DNA from: Vulcanimicrobiota bacterium | GTDB taxonomy: Bacteria > Vulcanimicrobiota > Xenobia > Xenobiales > JADMJV01 | DNA: 64,000 nucleotides | Assembly: GCA_050250895.1 (NCBI GenBank) | Contig: JBFWNU010000001.1 | Coordinates: 2,436,891-2,500,890 of the forward strand | Direction of reading: 5' to 3' | The notes under the pieces: model-generated | Database searches by the model: none | What the model saw: the letters and a program-made list of their open reading frames with translations, nothing else | What the model was told of the DNA's origin: nothing | Program-made: the position numbers and the translations under genes | In this document: piece by piece, positions 1-8,367 of the stretch | How positions within the stretch are numbered: position 1 is the first letter of the stretch | How the letters are laid out: each line of letters begins with the position of its first letter

Positions 1-1
1 T

Positions 2-1051
2 CAACTACTCGACTCTCGCCCCGACCTGCAGCTCAGCGACGTGATCAGCCAGGGCCAGGGCGGGCGGCCTCAGCTGAGCCCGATGCTCAAGGATCCTCAG
101 GCCATGGAGCTGCTCAAGAACCGCAGCGACATTCAACCCGGAGCCCTCGACGCGCTGGCCAAAGGCCTCAACAAGATGATGGGCAACCCGGCCATGGGCA
201 AGGCCGCCTTCGCCCAGGCCATGGAGATGATGGCCAACGACGGCAACGCCACTCCCGAAAGCATCGGCGAGCTAATGGGCGAGATCGTCAAAGGCGTGGG
301 TGGCAAAGGCGACGCCGCCAACGCCCTGGGCATCTTCAAGCAGGCCGGCGAGTTGATGAAGGGCGGCCAACTCAAGTCAGAAGACATGCTGGGCCTGGTG
401 AAGGCCGCCAGCAATATCGGCGGCGGCAAAGGTGGCGGCAGCATGATGGCCGAGGCCTTCGACGCCGCCGCCAACCTCAAGCTGAGCCGGCCCGATATGA
501 ACACCAACGAGATCGTGGGCTTGTCGAGCGTGATGGCCGAGCGCTTTCCTGGCCAGAACAACGCCGACCGCATGAGCGCCTTCCGCGAGGGGGCCAACCT
601 GATGAACACGCGTCCCAACCTGGGAGCCCAGGGCGTCGACACGATGCTGAGCCAGGCCACCCGCCAGGGCATCAAGGGCGACAAGTTGCTCAACGCTTTC
701 CAGACCCAGGTGGGCGCGCTCAACGAAGGCAGCGCCAGCCTGCAGACCTTGACCGACCCGCTGTCCAAGCCTGACGCCAAAGGCGGCGTGCAGTTCAACC
801 GGTTCGGCCAGCGACAGGCCGGTACTCGGCCTGAAGAGGTGGCCCAGCGCGAGCAGCAGCAGGCCAACCGCAACGGCCAGCCGGGTCAGCAGCAGCCCGG
901 CCAGACCCGGCCCGGACAGCCTCAAGCGGGTCAGGCGGCCCAGGGCGAGCAAGAGACCGAGCCGCCGGCCGCCGGCCGTTCGCGGGGGCGGGCCAGTCTG
1001 GCCAGCGTGGGCGTGACGGCTGCTCCGGCGGCCGCTCCAGGCGTTGCCTGA
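2..1051 (+). CDS. Hypothetical helical-repeat protein, 5' partial, with Q/P/A-rich C-terminal tail
   Basis: Frame is open from the window edge (QLLDSRPDLQLSDV...); recurring L-x-x-RPD/RSD/RPN segments; stop at 1051. Confidence 0.75.
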   Translation, partial: QLLDSRPDLQLSDVISQGQGGRPQLSPMLKDPQAMELLKNRSDIQPGALDALAKGLNKMMGNPAMGKAAFAQAMEMMANDGNATPESIGELMGEIVKGVGGKGDAANALGIFKQAGELMKGGQLKSEDMLGLVKAASNIGGGKGGGSMMAEAFDAAANLKLSRPDMNTNEIVGLSSVMAERFPGQNNADRMSAFREGANLMNTRPNLGAQGVDTMLSQATRQGIKGDKLLNAFQTQVGALNEGSASLQTLTDPLSKPDAKGGVQFNRFGQRQAGTRPEEVAQREQQQANRNGQPGQQQPGQTRPGQPQAGQAAQGEQETEPPAAGRSRGRASLASVGVTAAPAAAPGVA

Positions 1052-1081
1052 GGGCGATAAAAGAGTTACAATAGGGGCCTC

Positions 1082-2026
1082 ATGATCGGTCCGTCACTGC
1101 CGCCGTCTCGGCCTCATCAGGCCTCCAGGGCCCAAGCCGCTCCGCCCGACGTGATGGTCTATTCTGACATCGACGACAGCCTGGTGGCGGGCAACGACGA
1201 CGGTCTGGCCGCCAGTCGCGACGTGTTGGTGACCCAGTCGGGGCGCACGGTGCCGGGCTACTCCACCGGCCGCGGAATCACCCTGGCCATGGCGCTCTCC
1301 ACCCAACTGGCCGGCTTTCCGATGGCCTTCTTCGCTGTCAACAACGGCCTGAATCTATTTGTCAACGACCAGAACTTGCCCGCCGACGAGTTCATCAAGA
1401 GCCTTCCCGGCCGCAGCGAAGACCCGGCCTGGGCGGCCGAGGTCTCTGAGCGTTCGGGCGGCTTCACCATCGACCGCGTGCGCGACGGGCTCAAGTCGCA
1501 ACTCGACCGTGACGGCTTTGTCGAAAGCCCCACGGCGCGGCCCGGCTTTGCTACCTATCGACGCGGCGACATCCAGGTGACCGTTCCGCCCGACCAGCCG
1601 GCTTTCTTCGTCGAATCGGGAACGGGCAAGTTGGGCGAGAGTCAGAAGCAGTTCGCTCACGAGCTGAGCCAGCGTCTGTTGGACGGGCTCGGTCACGAAG
1701 GGGTCTCGGCCACTCCCGGGCATTTCTACAAGGGCGAGAAGGCCGTTCACTATCTGCAGCCGGCCGGCATCACCAAGGCCAGTTTGCTCGAGCATCTGCT
1801 GGGGCGCTTTCCCAGTGTGCATCACACCATCACGGTGGGCGATAACGTCAACGACGACATGCTGATTCCCGAGCAGTTTTCGGGGGTGACCAACTATCCG
1901 GTGTTGGCCGGCCATCACCATCCCGACGAAGAGAAGCTTCGCCAGCATCCTCGCCTGGAATGGGTAGAATCCGGCGCCGCCGCCCCGGGCCTGCTAGCCC
2001 AGTTCGATCACATCGATCACGCCTAG
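1082..2026 (+). CDS. HAD-superfamily class IIB hydrolase (sucrose-phosphate phosphatase-like)
   Basis: Motif I SDIDDSL, motif II STGR, motifs III/IV ITKA...VGDNVND. Confidence 0.75.
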   Translation: MIGPSLPPSRPHQASRAQAAPPDVMVYSDIDDSLVAGNDDGLAASRDVLVTQSGRTVPGYSTGRGITLAMALSTQLAGFPMAFFAVNNGLNLFVNDQNLPADEFIKSLPGRSEDPAWAAEVSERSGGFTIDRVRDGLKSQLDRDGFVESPTARPGFATYRRGDIQVTVPPDQPAFFVESGTGKLGESQKQFAHELSQRLLDGLGHEGVSATPGHFYKGEKAVHYLQPAGITKASLLEHLLGRFPSVHHTITVGDNVNDDMLIPEQFSGVTNYPVLAGHHHPDEEKLRQHPRLEWVESGAAAPGLLAQFDHIDHA

Positions 2027-2637
2027 AAGATTTTCTCGCCGGCCCAGACCAGGCCGACGCCGACGGCGACGCCGACGGCGCCGCCGAGGGCAGCTCCGGG
2101 CAGGCCGCGCAGGGCTCCGCCAATGAGGGCTCCGGCCGCGGCTCCCAACACTTTCTTGGTGTTGATGTTGACCAGGGCCCGGTCGGTCATGAGTTTGCCG
2201 TCGAGGTGGTCGATTTCGTGCTGGAAGGCGCAAGCTTTGAAGCCTTTGCATTCGACCGTGGTGGGCCGGCCGTGGTCGTCGATGGCGTCGACTTTGACGC
2301 GGCTCGAGCGCATGACCACGCTCATGGTGCCGCCCAGGCTCAGGCAGCCTTCCAGGCTGAGCTGGTGGCCGCTCCGCTCGGTGATGGTGGGGTTGGCCAG
2401 TTTGTGGGGGCCGTCGCCGGTGTTGATCACCATCAACCGATAGGGAATTCCGATCTGGGGAGCGGCCAGGCCCACGCCTCCTTCGCGCCGCATGCAGTCG
2501 TTCATCTGGTCGAGCACCTGGCTCAACGACGGGTCGAGACTGTCCACTGGCTGAGCCGGCTGGTGCAGCACCGGCTCTTTGCGCCCGACGAGCTTGAACT
2601 CGCCCTGTGAATACTGTCGAAGATTAGAAACTTGCAC
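2023..2637 (-). CDS. def: Peptide deformylase with C-terminal glycine-zipper hydrophobic extension
   Basis: GGVGLAAPQIG, EGCLS and QHEIDHLDG signature motifs. Confidence 0.9.
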   Translation of the reverse strand: MQVSNLRQYSQGEFKLVGRKEPVLHQPAQPVDSLDPSLSQVLDQMNDCMRREGGVGLAAPQIGIPYRLMVINTGDGPHKLANPTITERSGHQLSLEGCLSLGGTMSVVMRSSRVKVDAIDDHGRPTTVECKGFKACAFQHEIDHLDGKLMTDRALVNINTKKVLGAAAGALIGGALRGLPGAALGGAVGVAVGVGLVWAGEKIF

Positions 2638-2749
2638 CTCGATAGCCTATGCCACGGGCCTAAAAGGTTGCTGAAATCTGTCATTTCCTTTGGGCATAGA
2701 GCGCGGTTGCGACTCGCGACGAAGTTTCCTTTATGTTAACAGGATTGTT

Positions 2750-2763
2750 CGAACGTCTGTTCG
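2750..2763. promoter_or_regulatory. Putative LexA (Cheo-type SOS) box
   Basis: CGAAC-gtct-GTTCG matches the CGAAC-N4-GTTCG consensus, about 45 nt upstream of the histone-like gene. Confidence 0.6.
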
Positions 2764-2807
2764 AACATGACTTGAGTGTGCATCATGCTTGAAAAGAGGA
2801 CGTGTTA

Positions 2808-3131
2808 ATGAGCGCTACCAAAGGCAAGAAGGCGACAAACTCCAAGGCGAGCAAACCTGCCGCCAAGGGTAAGGCCAAAAGCACAAAGGCTGTCGCCAAA
2901 GGCGCCGGCAAGGCGAAAAAGGCGGCCAAACCCGCTGCCAAAAAGCCTGCGGCCAAGGGCGCGGCAAAAGCCAAGAAAACCTCGGCCGCCAAGGCACCTG
3001 CGAAGAAGGTAGCCGCCAAGAAACCCGCTGCGAAGAGCACTGCCAAGAAGGCTCCGGCTAAAAAGGCCGCTCCCGCCAAGAAGACGGCGGCCGCCAAGAA
3101 GCCGGCCAAGAAACCCGCTAAGAAGAAGTAG
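2808..3131 (+). CDS. Lys/Ala-rich histone H1-like nucleoid protein
   Basis: KKPAAK/AKKAPAK repeats; AGAGGA RBS before ATG 2808. Confidence 0.85.
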   Translation: MSATKGKKATNSKASKPAAKGKAKSTKAVAKGAGKAKKAAKPAAKKPAAKGAAKAKKTSAAKAPAKKVAAKKPAAKSTAKKAPAKKAAPAKKTAAAKKPAKKPAKKK

Positions 3132-3140
3132 GGTCGGCTT

Positions 3141-3180
3141 GAGAAACGCCCGGTGCCCAACCGGGCGTTCTCGTTTCTCT
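3141..3180 (+). terminator. Rho-independent terminator
   Basis: GAGAAACGCCCGGT/ACCGGGCGTTCTC stem followed by T-rich tail. Confidence 0.65.
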
Positions 3181-3221
3181 GTCTGAAAGGCGAGGGGCGG
3201 TCTGGTATTGAATTCTATTCA

Positions 3222-4322
3222 ATGCCCAGCCCCGGCCCTCTGGAACTGCAAGCCGACGAGGCTCTCTGTCGAGCGGCTTGCAAAGTGCGGATTCTGGACG
3301 CTCTGCGGCCTGTGAACGAGGCCGAAGAGAAAGAGCGGTTTCTGGCGGGCAAGTCCCGTCTGCCTCGTTTCGTGTATCGCAGGGGCGAGGTGGCCCCGAC
3401 CACCGGGGTCGAGCGACTGGCCATTCCGGATTCATCTTTGGGTCGGTTGCTCGAGCAGCGGCGGCGGCTGATTCTGGCTGCCCACCAAGCCTTAGTGAGT
3501 GGCGAGCCGGCTGACCTGTTGCGGGTTACAGCCCGCATCTATGGCAAGCCTGAACGGGGCCTGGTGGCGGTGGCTCGACGGTTGCTGCGCGACCTGCCGG
3601 CCGAGCCTCATCCCGGCTACGAGAGTACCGAGGAAGTGGCGGCCACGCTGCGTCGCGAGTTGGCTCACTACGGCTTTGACGACTGGGAGTTGTCGCTGTC
3701 GGATGGTGACTACACCGTGGTTCGACCCCTGGAACGGCGCGTGTTGCTGACTCCGGTCGGACCGGTGGTGGCAGGCACCGGGCGGCGTCTGGCCGTGCAC
3801 GAGATCGGCGTGCACGTGTTGCGTTCGGTCAATGGCCGGCGCCAGCCTCTGCGCCTGTTCGCCTACGGCCTGCCGGGCTATGAGGCCACCGAAGAAGGTT
3901 TGGCCGGTTATGGCGAGTTGGTGACCAATACCGCTCGGGCGCGAACCTTGCGCAAATACGCCGCCCGCGTATTGGCCGTCGATAGTCTTTTCGGGCAGGC
4001 TGATTTCGCCGAAACCTACGAGCTTCTGCTGAGCCTTGGTCAGGTGCCCGAGCAGGCCTGGGAGTCGGCTTTGCGAGCCCATCGCGGCGGTGGCTGCTGC
4101 AAAGACCACATCTACTTAGAGGGTCTTTTCGAGGTACTGGGTCACGTCGACGCCGGCGGTACCCTCGAGTCGCTTTTCGTGGGCAAGGTCGGCCTGCGGC
4201 ATCTCCCGTTGATCGAGCGACTATTGGCCGAGGGCAGCCTCGAGCCGGCCGGCCTGCTTCCGCCGTTTCTAAGCGCTCCGGCCGACAACCCGCTGTTGCA
4301 ACGATTGGGCCAACTCGTCTAA
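3222..4322 (+). CDS. DUF1704 / MATCAP-like HExxxH metallo-carboxypeptidase
   Basis: HEIGVH, TEEGLA and RGGG..KDHIYLEG motifs; start moved to ATG 3222. Confidence 0.8.
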   Translation: MPSPGPLELQADEALCRAACKVRILDALRPVNEAEEKERFLAGKSRLPRFVYRRGEVAPTTGVERLAIPDSSLGRLLEQRRRLILAAHQALVSGEPADLLRVTARIYGKPERGLVAVARRLLRDLPAEPHPGYESTEEVAATLRRELAHYGFDDWELSLSDGDYTVVRPLERRVLLTPVGPVVAGTGRRLAVHEIGVHVLRSVNGRRQPLRLFAYGLPGYEATEEGLAGYGELVTNTARARTLRKYAARVLAVDSLFGQADFAETYELLLSLGQVPEQAWESALRAHRGGGCCKDHIYLEGLFEVLGHVDAGGTLESLFVGKVGLRHLPLIERLLAEGSLEPAGLLPPFLSAPADNPLLQRLGQLV

Positions 4323-4412
4323 CCTCGCCGGGCTTGCAGCCGATAACCAGAGCGTGGACAACATCCAAGCCCTTCTCGGTGGCCGAACTGGTCAAGACGG
4401 TCGGCGATTTGC

Positions 4413-4901
4413 TCAGCGCTTGAGCGTCTCCTTGAGAAAGGTGCGCAAATCCCAGGCGGCCATGCCAGCCTCGGCCGGATAGGCGAAGTTGGCAATTCTC
4501 CAGGCTCCCTCCGACTGACGCAGCACCACCCGCAGGCGCAACCGGGCCGGTCCCGGGTCGCGGGGGAACTTGATCGAGACGGGCACATAGGCCAGTCCGT
4601 CTTTGACGATCGTCTCGCCCAGGCTGTAGGATTCGACCCCCATCTGCGAGTTGCTGAAAGGGTCGAAGTCAAGCCAGGGACCGCCCGAGTTGGGGTCGCC
4701 GTTGGCGAGCTCGACCAGCATCTCGCTCAGGTCGCTTTCGATGTGGGCCGCTTCTTTGGCCATGGTGGTCTGCACCCACGACCTGGGGGTCGATTCGACC
4801 GACTGGGTATAGGTGCGATAGAACGAGTCGACAACCTGGCCCGGAGTAGCATCAGCCCAGGCCAGACCGCTCAGGAGCAAAACGAGTAGAATCTTTTTCA
4901 T
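4413..4901 (-). CDS. Exported DUF3828 (YbjP-like) protein
   Basis: Signal peptide; VVDSFY and LDFDPFSNSQ motifs. Confidence 0.7.
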   Translation of the reverse strand: MKKILLVLLLSGLAWADATPGQVVDSFYRTYTQSVESTPRSWVQTTMAKEAAHIESDLSEMLVELANGDPNSGGPWLDFDPFSNSQMGVESYSLGETIVKDGLAYVPVSIKFPRDPGPARLRLRVVLRQSEGAWRIANFAYPAEAGMAAWDLRTFLKETLKR

Positions 4902-4919
4902 GGCCAGCCAGGTTCGGGA

Positions 4920-6167
4920 CTACTTCGCAATCCCCTCGGTCAGATTCTCGGGTTCTGCGGCCGTGATGAGCAGGTTATCTTCAATACGAACCCCGCCGAC
5001 CTCGAGCCAGCGATCCACCTCTTCCCAGTTCATCTCTTGAGCGAAGGTCTGCCGATGGTCGCTGCTTTGCAGGAGCGGTTTGATAAAGTAGAGGCCGGGC
5101 TCGATGGTGACCACGTAGCCGACCTCGAGAGGCAGGTTCAGGCGCAGCTGCGTGCCCCCGGGAGTAGCAAAGGCCTTTCGGCCGGGCAACCAGCCGCCAG
5201 CGTCGCGCACCCCCATTCCCACCATGTGCCCCAACCCGTGAGGAAAGAACAGGTCGATCCCTCCCATTTCGACCATCTGCTGAGCCGAGCCTCGCCACAG
5301 GTCTAGCTCGACCAGACCGGCGGCTAGACGGTGGGCCGTCTGCAAGTGCAGGTCCGAGAACTCGCGTCCGGGGCGGCACTCGGCCAGGGCTGCTTTCTGG
5401 GCCTCGAGCACCAGTTGATAGAGGGCCTGGCGCCGGCCTTCAGACGGGCCGAGCAGGTGGGTGCGGGTGACATCGCTGGCGTAGCCCTCGACTTCGGCCC
5501 CGGCGTCGACCAGCACGAACTCTCCGGGTTTCACCGGGGTGGCGCCGGGATGGCCGTGCAAGATGGCCGAGCGGGCTCCGGCCAGCACGATGGTGTGATA
5601 GGCCACGTCGTCGCCACCGGCCCGAAAGAACTCGGCCTCCAACTCGATCTGCAGGGCTCGCTCGCTGACGCCCGGGGCCAGACATTCGACCAGGCGAGCG
5701 TGGCCGGCGGCGGTGGCCCGGGCGGCCCGCCGCATCCGCTCCAACTGGGTTGGGTCTTTGGGGCGCCGGGCGTGCAAAAGAGCCAGTTCGAGGCGTTGAC
5801 TGAGCTCGCGGTCGCACTCGCCCGAGGCCACTCCCAGGCGGGCCAGCGGACGGTGGCTGCGCTGCTTTAACCACTGGGCCAGGTCGTCGAGGTCAGGATA
5901 GGAGTGGGGCACCTGGCCCGTCCAGTATTGCTCGGCCACGGTCACCCGCGGCAGAAAGTGCTTCCAACCCTCGTTGGGGTCAAAGGCCAGCACGCCGCCC
6001 GGCCGGCGGTCCTCGGTGAGAAAGTAGTAGTCGGGGTGGGGCCGATAGCGGTAGACCTGATCCATCCCTCCGGGGATGCCGATGGGTCTGCCGGCTTCGA
6101 CCAGCACGAGCTCGTCGTCTAGAGCCCAGGCCCGGGCCACACGCTCTCGGCGTCGACGGATTTCCAT
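4920..6167 (-). CDS. pepP: Xaa-Pro aminopeptidase (M24B)
   Basis: DAGAE..GYASDVTRT, HGLGH, TIEPG, GGVRIEDN; likely start ATG 6167. Confidence 0.88.
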   Translation of the reverse strand: MEIRRRRERVARAWALDDELVLVEAGRPIGIPGGMDQVYRYRPHPDYYFLTEDRRPGGVLAFDPNEGWKHFLPRVTVAEQYWTGQVPHSYPDLDDLAQWLKQRSHRPLARLGVASGECDRELSQRLELALLHARRPKDPTQLERMRRAARATAAGHARLVECLAPGVSERALQIELEAEFFRAGGDDVAYHTIVLAGARSAILHGHPGATPVKPGEFVLVDAGAEVEGYASDVTRTHLLGPSEGRRQALYQLVLEAQKAALAECRPGREFSDLHLQTAHRLAAGLVELDLWRGSAQQMVEMGGIDLFFPHGLGHMVGMGVRDAGGWLPGRKAFATPGGTQLRLNLPLEVGYVVTIEPGLYFIKPLLQSSDHRQTFAQEMNWEEVDRWLEVGGVRIEDNLLITAAEPENLTEGIAK

Positions 6168-6189
6168 AGCCGGAGCTTCGACCCCGTAC

Positions 6190-6224
6190 AAAAAAATACT
6201 GGGGCCCGCGAAAGCGGACCCCAG
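6190..6224 (-). terminator. Rho-independent terminator
   Basis: CTGGGGTCCGC-TTTC-GCGGGCCCCAG followed by TATTTTTTT. Confidence 0.75.
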
Positions 6225-6476
6225 GTGGTCACCGTTGGAGCTGACCCAAATCCACGCCAGCAGGTCTGGGTCAGACAGAACCGCCATATCTGGTTTGCAG
6301 GAGGCAGATGTTTGGCGGTCCCTGAAGCCATGCATAGAATAACCCTCGGCGATTACCTGAAGCGGTCGTCGCCGAGGGCCGTTTATTACCGATATGTTGC
6401 GCCGGTGTGAATGATTTGTGGCCCGGCGGAGCCGGTCCGGGTTGGGTCGGACCGTGCCTTTATTTTTGATGAGCAA
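6190..6476 (-). ncRNA. Candidate structured ncRNA (about 285 nt), family unknown
   Basis: TATACT -10 at 6486-6481; at least four long hairpins with G-U pairs favouring the minus strand; ends in a GC stem plus U7. Confidence 0.6.
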
Positions 6477-6550
6477 CCTCAGTATAGACGCCAAACTCTG
6501 GCCCACGGTTGGCCGGCCGGCTCAACTATGAACTTTTGGTTGCAGCCAGG

Positions 6551-6952
6551 TTAAGGATAGACGGCCATGACCACGGCGGTGGTCACCAACAGCTCGGCCA
6601 GCAACGCGCCAAAGGCCACCCCCGCCGCCTTCCACAGCGATTCGAGTTCGCCATCGGCGGCTTTGTGTTGCTCGAGGGTCTGGCCCTGGGCTTTGCGGGC
6701 GAAGGCCCGGGCCACCAATACGGTGACCAGCAGAAAGGCGTAACCCGAGGCCTGGGGAGGCAACTGAGTCGACAGCGCGATGATGGCGATGGTGCCCACC
6801 AGCCCCACCATCAGGCATTGCTTGGCCTGGGCCGGCCGACCCAGACGGCGGGCGTTGGTGGCCAACAGCAGACCGGTCGCCAACAGGCTGCCGATGATGC
6901 TGACCGCACCGGCTTGATGCACTGAATAGAGCTTATAAGTGGGCTTGTCCAC
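6551..6952 (-). CDS. Small integral membrane protein
   Basis: About four hydrophobic helices; GTG 6952 start (MDKPTYKLYS). Confidence 0.7.
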   Translation of the reverse strand: MDKPTYKLYSVHQAGAVSIIGSLLATGLLLATNARRLGRPAQAKQCLMVGLVGTIAIIALSTQLPPQASGYAFLLVTVLVARAFARKAQGQTLEQHKAADGELESLWKAAGVAFGALLAELLVTTAVVMAVYP

Positions 6953-6974
6953 GCCGGGCCTTTCTGCAAGCAGT

Positions 6975-7649
6975 CTAGTCGAGCCTGCGAGCGGGAATAC
7001 CAACCCAGGTCTCGCCAGGGCCGATGCGGGTGCCTTTGAGCACCACGGCGCTGGCGCCAACGACCGCCCCGTCGCCGATTTCGACGTCGGGCATGATAAT
7101 GGCCCGCTGGCCGATGAGGCACTTCTTGCCAATCTTGATGGGGGCCAGCAGCACCTGGCCTTTCTCGGCCACGTGGCAAGAGATGGCCGCCTCGCCCCCA
7201 ATGACGGCGCCGTCGCCGACCTCGAGCAGCGACAGGTCGTGAATGTACTTGGAGTTGATCATCACTCCCTCGCCCAGCTTGCCGCCCAGCAGGCGGAAAT
7301 AGGTGATCAGGGCGGGACTCAACATGAGGAAGTCCATGAAGGTCACCTTGACCAGCAAATGCAGCGACGAGGCCAGCACCCAGCGCAGGCACTCGCGCGA
7401 GAAGAAATCGTGGCGCCCGGGTACCAGATCGAGCCCCAGCCCTCGGTGCAGTGCGGCCGTCACCACCAGCAGGCTGAATCCGTAGAGAAAGTAGCCGACT
7501 CCCAGGGCCAGGGCGGCGGCTAGCAGCGAGTGTCGATAGGCTAGCTGGGCCAACCACAAGCCCGGAGCCAGGCACACCCCGACGATGGCCCCGCCCAGGA
7601 GATAGAGCACCACTGCGAAGGTTAGTTGGATAAGTTGATCGCGTCGCAT
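6975..7649 (-). CDS. Membrane-anchored hexapeptide-repeat (LbH) acyltransferase-like protein
   Basis: Two N-terminal TM helices; LGGKLG, IKIGKKCLIG, VEIGDGAVVG; WVGIPAR ending. Confidence 0.8.
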   Translation of the reverse strand: MRRDQLIQLTFAVVLYLLGGAIVGVCLAPGLWLAQLAYRHSLLAAALALGVGYFLYGFSLLVVTAALHRGLGLDLVPGRHDFFSRECLRWVLASSLHLLVKVTFMDFLMLSPALITYFRLLGGKLGEGVMINSKYIHDLSLLEVGDGAVIGGEAAISCHVAEKGQVLLAPIKIGKKCLIGQRAIIMPDVEIGDGAVVGASAVVLKGTRIGPGETWVGIPARRLD

Positions 7650-7685
7650 CCGCGCTGATTATGCGAGGGCCGGCCAACCCCTGCG

Positions 7686-7790
7686 AAAAAAAATAGCCAC
7701 CCCGAACTCCACGCCAATGGCTCGGGCTGGCTGTGAGTGCCTAACAAAGGCTGCAGGAGGAGGCACTCGACTCTTCTGTGATCCGATGAG
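7686..7790 (-). ncRNA. Candidate small RNA (about 100 nt) related to the 6190-6476 RNA
   Basis: TAGACT -10 at 7799-7794; two hairpins with CCUCCUGCA and UGGCGUGGA loops; U-tract end. Confidence 0.55.
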
Positions 7791-7796
7791 TTCAGT

Positions 7797-8093
7797 CTAT
7801 CTCAGCCAACCAACCTGACTCTGACTTGGAGCGCTCAGATGTAAACAGGTTGTGACCGAAACCTTAAAATTCCAGGGCCGCGCACACCTCGAGCCAACGC
7901 TCGCCGAGCCCGCCAGGATGAACTTCTCCATTTCGTCTTCTGGCAGAACGGTAAGAACATCCAGGTCGCGGGTCGACCGGCTTCGGCCCGCCAGGGCGAC
8001 GGCCACTCCGCCGCAAATCGCGTAGCTCACGCCCGCGCGGTCAAGGGCTGCAGTGGCCTTCTCGGCCAACTCGCCTAGCAGGTCACCGAGCAC
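7797..8093 (-). pseudogene. Truncated nucleotidyltransferase (MNT/DUF6036-like)
   Basis: ICGGVAV..RSTRDLDV motif; only about 65 plausible codons before the frame runs into the sRNA promoter region. Confidence 0.55.
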
Positions 8094-8289
8094 GGGCGTA
8101 AATGGTGGCGGCCCGACGGTGAGCCTCCAAGCGCTCGGCATCTTCGCGCTTCCAGATTTCGCCCAGGCGAGCGAGTGCCTCTTCTCGAGAGACCCCGAGC
8201 GACTCCTGGACCTCGAGATAGCCGTTAAATAGTGCGTTGTTCCAGGCTATCCAGGCCTCCCAGCGCGCTTGTATCGTGGCCTCGTCCAT
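8083..8289 (-). CDS. Small helical protein, possible TA-type partner of the nucleotidyltransferase
   Basis: 68 aa, overlaps the NTase start; preceded by an AGG-N19-GAA motif. Confidence 0.55.
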   Translation of the reverse strand: MDEATIQARWEAWIAWNNALFNGYLEVQESLGVSREEALARLGEIWKREDAERLEAHRRAATIYARAR

Positions 8290-8367
8290 AGTGGAGACTT
8301 CGACCCGGTCGAGGGTTGAGCCTTCGACAAAGGATTCACCCCGACCGGAACGAAATTTCGGCCCACG

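Noticed and set aside
1052-1060. Sigma-28-like GGCGATAA element
   Set aside because: No matching TAAA -35 at the proper spacing
6190-6476. T-box, tmRNA, SRP or 6S identity for the structured RNA
   Set aside because: No T-box GGTGGNACC, no tRNA-like CCA end, no SRP GGAAG tetraloop motif, and not a single long rod; left unassigned
6168-6506. N-terminal extension of the 528-aa M24 ORF
   Set aside because: It crosses a terminator and hairpin-rich region; peptidase-like sequence starts near ATG 6167
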